NCBI GenBank assembly: GCA_965209085.1
Contig: OZ242376.1
Coordinates: 1,024,001-1,088,000, forward strand
Source of the DNA: Nitrosopumilaceae archaeon
GTDB taxonomy: Archaea > Thermoproteota > Nitrososphaeria > Nitrososphaerales > Nitrosopumilaceae
Direction: 5' to 3'
Length of the DNA: 64,000 nt
A model generated the notes under the pieces. That model saw only the letters and a program-made list of their open reading frames with translations, searched no databases and had not been told where the DNA came from. Positions 58,531 to 64,000 of this stretch are shown here, in pieces. The translations under genes were made by a program, and so were the position numbers. Numbering within the stretch: the first letter of the stretch is position 1; every line of letters starts with the position of its first letter.

Positions 58531-58839
58531 TTATTTGCGCATCTTGGATATTGTGCTTGCCAGTGCATCTATTGATTCAATAATTTCTTTCCTGTTTTTT
58601 GAATCTGCATTTTCCAGCTCTGTTGTAAGATCGTTTAATTTTTTTTCCAAACGCTCCAATACGGATTCTGATGGGGGGTTTTGTTTTGTTTTTTCAGGAT
58701 CCGGCGCCCTTCCGCAGTTTGTGCATAACGCGTTGCCATTTTTCATTACCCGGACACCTTTACAGTACGGACAAGGTTCTGCCACCAAAGTGGCCCCCTG
58801 CAGCAGCATCATGACAGCTTTTTTGTTTAAATCATCCAT
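58531..58839 (-). CDS. UPF0148/SSSCA1-like zinc-ribbon protein
   Basis: LLQGATLVAEPCPYC...ALCTNC plus a coiled coil. Confidence 0.8.
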   Translation of the reverse strand: MDDLNKKAVMMLLQGATLVAEPCPYCKGVRVMKNGNALCTNCGRAPDPEKTKQNPPSESVLERLEKKLNDLTTELENADSKNRKEIIESIDALASTISKMRK

Positions 58840-59085
58840 ATCATATGTAGAGTATGATCGTCTTAAAAAAATGTCGGAATGATGGGTCGGATTTACAGGC
58901 AGTTTTTGACGTATTATTGCATATAAATGGGCATATCATCGTAAACGGATGGTAAAAATGTCTTTGAGTAAATGCCCAGTATTGTTTAATATCCCACCCC
59001 GTACGGTATTTTGGTTTTATTCGTGGCTATAGCCCCCACTCATACGACAGGCTTAATAGATACGCTAAGGTACTATAAATGACGA

Positions 59086-59394
59086 ATGGCAACAATTTGT
59101 GGCACCTGTGGATTACCAGAAGATCTTTGTGCATGTGGTGAACTTGCCAAAGATAGCGTAAAAATTATTGTAAGACTTGAGACTAGGAGATTTAAGAAAA
59201 AAGGAACCATGATAGAGGGATTGGATCCAAAACTCAACGATCTTGAAAGGGTTGCAAGAGAGTTAAAAAACAAGTACGCCTGCGGCGGAACGGCAAAAGA
59301 AGGATACGTTTTTTTGCAAGGAGATCACCGCGATACGATAAAAGATTCACTTGTAGGTCTTGGATTTGCAGAGTCTAGCATAGAATTACACTAG
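59086..59394 (+). CDS. Translation initiation factor aIF1 (SUI1)
   Basis: CGTCGLPEDLCAC, LKNKYACGGT, LQGDHR. Confidence 0.93.
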   Translation: MATICGTCGLPEDLCACGELAKDSVKIIVRLETRRFKKKGTMIEGLDPKLNDLERVARELKNKYACGGTAKEGYVFLQGDHRDTIKDSLVGLGFAESSIELH

Positions 59395-59406
59395 GCAGGA
59401 GATCAT

Positions 59407-60384
59407 GTGAGAATACAAATCCAGATTGCATCATCTGTTTTTTGCGCGTTTTCTGTATTCATATGCGGATTGTTTGTAATCTCGCTAGCACTTGGTGCAT
59501 ACGTGTTTTATGCAAGCGATGTTGGAGACGGAATAAACCACGAATATCCCATAAACAGCGTCATCGGAATGTACGGGGGCGAACCGATTTCTGCAATAGA
59601 TGGCATTACGATGGGCCAGATTTTTGCCATAATGTGGGCGCTTACTGTCGGAGTGTTTGTAATTTCAATAAAGGGACCAAAACTTGGATATTTTCACGCA
59701 CTTGAAAAGATGCGCACATCTTCAGAATCTGGCGCCATATACAGTCACATGTTTCAGGCCACAAGATGGTTTTCAATTCTCATACTAGTCTCCGTTGTAA
59801 TAGTTGCAGTGCAGGGATTATTTGGCGTGGAAACTTTGCCGCCTGAGATCAAAAACGATTTGGTCGGTTTTTATCAGGTTTCAAATGCGCCGTATATTGA
59901 AGAGGGAATATTTCGCATTCTTTTAATCGGCGTGCCTTTGTATATGGTATACTCGCACAGGGCATCTGGAGTTCATTTTCTAAAATCACTGTGGCATCCG
60001 GATGCGCATTTGCACGTGGAGAGGAAAACATTTGTGGCCGTTTTGATTTGCGCGGTTGCAGCACTGTTTGGAGCAGCACATGTGCTTGTAGGCGAACCCT
60101 GGAGTGCGGGTAAAATTGCACAGGCCACGGCGGCAGGAATCATACTAGGATGGGCGTATTACAAATATGGCATAATTCCGGCCCTCCTAGTCCACATTAT
60201 GGCAAATTATATGCTTTTTTCCCTAATGTATTCGGCAGTGGCAGTTTCAGGCGCTAGCATATCCCAGATACAGGAGAGCCAGTTTTTAGAGACTTTGGAG
60301 ATTTTGATGGTTTCTGCAGGCGCATCAGCTGCCCTTGTTCTAATATTGCAGGTATTGCACAAACGCTGCACAGCTAAACCGTAA
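59407..60384 (+). CDS. CPBP (CAAX/Abi) family intramembrane glutamic protease
   Basis: APYIEEGIFR, LFGAAH, LLVHIMAN motifs. Confidence 0.85.
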   Translation: MRIQIQIASSVFCAFSVFICGLFVISLALGAYVFYASDVGDGINHEYPINSVIGMYGGEPISAIDGITMGQIFAIMWALTVGVFVISIKGPKLGYFHALEKMRTSSESGAIYSHMFQATRWFSILILVSVVIVAVQGLFGVETLPPEIKNDLVGFYQVSNAPYIEEGIFRILLIGVPLYMVYSHRASGVHFLKSLWHPDAHLHVERKTFVAVLICAVAALFGAAHVLVGEPWSAGKIAQATAAGIILGWAYYKYGIIPALLVHIMANYMLFSLMYSAVAVSGASISQIQESQFLETLEILMVSAGASAALVLILQVLHKRCTAKP

Positions 60385-60417
60385 ATAATTATAACTTGCA
60401 ATCATACGTATAGTCAG

Positions 60418-61470
60418 ATGGGTTTTAAGACACATATTGTCCGCAAAGTTGGAATTATGTTTGGCGTACTGTTAATCACCATGCTTTTGACCATATCCCT
60501 TGTAGGCTCAAACATGGACCATATTCTAAAGCAGGGCGTTGCGTTCCAAGTTCGCGCCGAATCCAGCTCCGATCCCCGCATTGCAGCGTCATTTTCAGAT
60601 CATACAGAATTTGAAGAATACATCCAGTTCAAAATAACAGAACGTGAGAAGATTCTCGGGCTTGATGAACCATGGCACTCCCCGCAGCGCGTCGGATACG
60701 CAATGTACCGCATAATTACACTTGATTTTGGCCAGGCCGTATTTTTAACCAGTGATGCAGGCTCATCAGATGTGTTGGATATTTTGGCAGAAAAACTTCC
60801 CAAAACCGTGCTGCTCTTTACCAGTTCAACGGCAATTATTGCAGTTATCGGCATTCTTGTAGGATCCGCATCAGCTTCACGAATAGGTTCGACAACTGAC
60901 AGACTTGTGTCCGCTTTTGCCGTAATAAGTTCCAGTTTTCCCGTATGGTGGGTTGGCATGCTGATGATACTGCTGTTTGCTTTTGTACTTGGAATATTTC
61001 CCGCAAGGGCAACGCCGGATATTGCACCCGGCGAACCGGGATATTATCTCTCGCTTGCATATCACATGGTTTTGCCGCTTGCCACCATTGTCTTAATTGG
61101 ATTTGGTTCGTGGTCGTATCTGGTACGCAATTTTATGATAGGCGCCATGCATGAAGAGCACATATTTGCAAAACGTGCCATTGGAATATCCAAAAGAAAA
61201 ATAGTATACTCTCATGCACTTCGCAACGCTGCACCCCCAATCATAACCGTGCTTGCACTGAGCGTTTCAGGCTCGCTTGGCGGAGCCATCATAACTGAAG
61301 CAGTCTTTGACTGGCCGGGTATGGGGAGGCTCTACTTTGAGGCCATAACCGTGTTGGATCTGCCGGTAATCATAGGAGCCACGTATACGCTAACGGTGTT
61401 TTTTCTCATCAGTGTTTTCATAGCAGACATGCTGTACGGATATTTTGATCCGCGGGTGAGAATAACATGA
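60418..61470 (+). CDS. Peptide ABC transporter permease (DppB/OppB-like)
   Basis: HALRNAAPP, GAIITEAVFDWPGMGRL, DPRVR. Confidence 0.9.
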   Translation: MGFKTHIVRKVGIMFGVLLITMLLTISLVGSNMDHILKQGVAFQVRAESSSDPRIAASFSDHTEFEEYIQFKITEREKILGLDEPWHSPQRVGYAMYRIITLDFGQAVFLTSDAGSSDVLDILAEKLPKTVLLFTSSTAIIAVIGILVGSASASRIGSTTDRLVSAFAVISSSFPVWWVGMLMILLFAFVLGIFPARATPDIAPGEPGYYLSLAYHMVLPLATIVLIGFGSWSYLVRNFMIGAMHEEHIFAKRAIGISKRKIVYSHALRNAAPPIITVLALSVSGSLGGAIITEAVFDWPGMGRLYFEAITVLDLPVIIGATYTLTVFFLISVFIADMLYGYFDPRVRIT

Positions 61471-62846
61471 CATTATCTGCGAGCGTGCCAGGTTCGGGAA
61501 TCATATCAGAGATGCTTCATACAAAATCCGGTAAAATCGGGATTACGATGCTTTTGGCACTTGTGGCACTCTCAGTATCAGTTCTTGCAAGCACCCCTAT
61601 TGACACTCTTCAGGAATGGAACGATCCCAGCGTGTGGTTTGAGAGACCAAAGTCAGCGATGCCAGCATGGGTAAACATATTCTCTCCAGATGAGCGCATA
61701 CCAGAGCATGTAATTTTGCGCGGAGTTGCAGCAGATAGCGTACGGTATGACAGCATATATGCTGCCGTGCAGAATTTTGTTATAGAGTACAATTACGACG
61801 GATTTCCAAACGACATCATATACGAATATGCTGCATCATATACTGGAGCTCCCCTGCTTAGCATCAATGTTGAGAGACCTGACGGTAAAAGCATAATGCT
61901 GTATGCGGATTCGCTTCCGTATTCAAAAGAGGTGGTGCGCCATACGGAGCGCATCTTTTCTGCAGATCCGGCAATAAAATCAAACCTGCAAATGTACGGT
62001 GATTTTTTTACATTTTCCACGGATGGAATAGCTTCTGAATCCATAGTGTTCTCAAAGGCGCACGTTCATGAACCCCTGCATGGAACATACCACATCACGG
62101 CAAGTCTGTACGGTTCACCGGATGCGGCGCACATAAGAGAGTCCACCATTATTCTTGGAGGCAGTGTATACGGACTGCTTGGAACAGACGATCTCCGGCG
62201 GGATTTGGCAATAGGCATAGCATGGGGCACGCCACTTGCGCTTTTCATAGGCGTTACAGTGGCAATAGGTTCCGTAAGCATGGGTCTCCTGTACGGCGTA
62301 TATGCTGGATACCGCGGCAAGTATACTGATGAGACCATGATGCGTCTTAATGACATAGTTTATGCCTTGCCGGTTTTACCGTTTTTGATAATTCTTTCAG
62401 TTACGATAAGCAACAGCATATTCGTGATGGTTTTGTTTCTAATGGCCTTTGGCTGGGTCGGAGTTGCAAAAGTTGCCCGCAGTATGGCGTTGCAGATAAA
62501 AACTCAAAGTTTTGTAGAGGCATCCCGCATGATGGGCAGAAAAGACATGGGTGTCATATTGCGACATGTTCTGCCCCAGCTTTTACCGTATGCGCTTGCA
62601 AGTGTGGCAATATCGGTTCCGGCTGCAATTACCACAGAGGCCGGTCTTAGTTTTCTTGGACTTGGAGATCCGTCATTTCCCACATGGGGACAGATTCTGC
62701 ATGATGCCGGAACCCACGGAGCTGCTGCGCGCGGAATGTGGTGGTGGATAGTACCTCCGGGTTTGATGGTTGCAGTGGCAGGACTGACGTTTGTCTTTAT
62801 TGGAAACTCACTTGATAAGATTGCAAATCCAAGAATACGCCGCTAG
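61467..62846 (+). CDS. Peptide ABC transporter permease (DppC/OppC-like)
   Basis: LLGTDDLRRD, FVEASRMMG, EAGLSFLGLG, WWWIVPPG. Confidence 0.9.
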   Translation: MTLSASVPGSGIISEMLHTKSGKIGITMLLALVALSVSVLASTPIDTLQEWNDPSVWFERPKSAMPAWVNIFSPDERIPEHVILRGVAADSVRYDSIYAAVQNFVIEYNYDGFPNDIIYEYAASYTGAPLLSINVERPDGKSIMLYADSLPYSKEVVRHTERIFSADPAIKSNLQMYGDFFTFSTDGIASESIVFSKAHVHEPLHGTYHITASLYGSPDAAHIRESTIILGGSVYGLLGTDDLRRDLAIGIAWGTPLALFIGVTVAIGSVSMGLLYGVYAGYRGKYTDETMMRLNDIVYALPVLPFLIILSVTISNSIFVMVLFLMAFGWVGVAKVARSMALQIKTQSFVEASRMMGRKDMGVILRHVLPQLLPYALASVAISVPAAITTEAGLSFLGLGDPSFPTWGQILHDAGTHGAAARGMWWWIVPPGLMVAVAGLTFVFIGNSLDKIANPRIRR

Positions 62847-62879
62847 TTTGCCGCATTGCATATTTTACAAAATACCGTA

Positions 62880-63191
62880 TTAGAAATCTGCACGTTTTGT
62901 TTTAGAGCCGCATCTTGGACATTCGCTTGCCTTGTGCTGGTTGCCGCATACAAGACAAATGTATTTTATCGGACGGCTTTCGTTATGTTCGGGGTTTGCA
63001 CCCATTCCAAACATGCTGCCGCCAGTACCACCCATCCTTCCCGTGTAACGTCTGCGTAAAAAGAACGGAAATGCGATAAAAAGTACCAACGCCACGCCAA
63101 GACCGTATGGGAAAGGTAAAACCATCTGTATGCCTATGCTTACCACCAAAGAGGCCACTAAAAATATGATGTAAGTTTTGTAATTGAACAT
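62880..63191 (-). CDS. Small membrane protein with C-terminal zinc ribbon
   Basis: Two TM helices, Gly-rich linker, CLVCG...CPRCG. Confidence 0.7.
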   Translation of the reverse strand: MFNYKTYIIFLVASLVVSIGIQMVLPFPYGLGVALVLFIAFPFFLRRRYTGRMGGTGGSMFGMGANPEHNESRPIKYICLVCGNQHKASECPRCGSKTKRADF

Positions 63192-63236
63192 GGCATACGA
63201 TACTTGAAATAACATATAAGGCTAACCAATCCAATA

Positions 63237-64000
63237 GATCATGTCACAACTATTGAAAATTCTATTGAAAATTCCATCAAAAATGACAGAAAATCTTCCA
63301 AAAACACACATCTGTCATCGATATCATGACCCATTTGTTACCAAACCGTAATTTCACACAAAAATCTTCCAAAATTCACACATCTGCATACAGCGTCCGC
63401 TAGGCTTATTGCAGTTTGTGTCAGTATGCTGCACATATTAACAAATTGTACACTAGGTTTTTCATGTCAATTTCTTGCTTTATGTTTTTCATGTATTGAT
63501 CGTACATGCCCTCCAAACCTTTCTTTGAGCATTGCAAAAACAATTTCAGAGTGCCATCTTTTTCCATACTCTATATCTTTTTTCCATTTTTTCAGATTTT
63601 CCTTTCGTTTTTGGATTGAGACATCATCCATTGTACGCATGCTCGCACATCCTCCAAGCTGATCTCGCACCGCCGTATTGCGTTCATGACTGCCGCCTGA
63701 CAGTGCTGAATTGATACGCACCTTTAACAGATCAGACATGCAAAGTTTGCCACACACGTTGTAATTTTCTTTTGTACCATATGCCCCATCGCCAAGAATT
63801 TTCATCATCGTGTTTTTGTATTTGGCAGTCTCTTCAGTTGAATCCATCTCAGATATCATATGCGCGAGCTGCCATCTGATCTTTTTGCGTGCTATCTGAT
63901 CATCTGTGGAAACTGTGATGCATCCCCCTTGTTGCTTTTTGTTATCTTAAAATCGAGTATTTCAAGCGTTTCTACGTTTATGACAAGATGCAGTTTTAGA
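63237..64000 (-). mobile_element. Second, inverted and more degraded copy of the IS5 element at 56351-57780 (partial; runs off the window)
   Basis: Near-identical reverse complement of about 57020-57780; TIR GATCATGTCACAAC preceded by TA; small frameshifting deletions. Confidence 0.88.

Noticed and set aside
58860-59085. tRNA or C/D-box sRNA in the gap before aIF1
   Set aside because: No cloverleaf, T-loop or complete C/D box pair found by eye; an Infernal/tRNAscan run would settle it.

Overview
Archaeal genomic DNA, most consistent with a Nitrosopumilaceae-type thaumarchaeon (Nitrososphaerota). Evidence: CdvC/Vps4, Nop5-fibrillarin, Gar1, SRP19, TFB, a TFE-beta/RPC34 homolog, S8e/S30e, Sec61-beta, aIF1 and a stand-alone ATP synthase F subunit. 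Many IS remnants plus a giant adhesin-like gene suggest, by inference only, a host-associated lineage. Bases 1-11440 hold the 5' part of one >3800-aa secreted protein on the minus strand, missing from the ORF track because it has no stop inside the window. It carries FG-GAP, Ig/DUF5011-like and LVIVD-like repeats. The rest is mostly housekeeping genes. The main finding is in carB: its conserved GEAGE|FDYSG motif is split by a 21-nt insert with an in-frame UAA. The insert folds into a bulge-helix-bulge-type splicing motif whose predicted cut sites remove exactly those 21 nt, so it is a candidate tRNA-endonuclease-spliced intron in a metabolic mRNA. The upstream carA also has no canonical start codon ahead of its conserved N-terminus. 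No tRNA, rRNA or CRISPR array was recognised.
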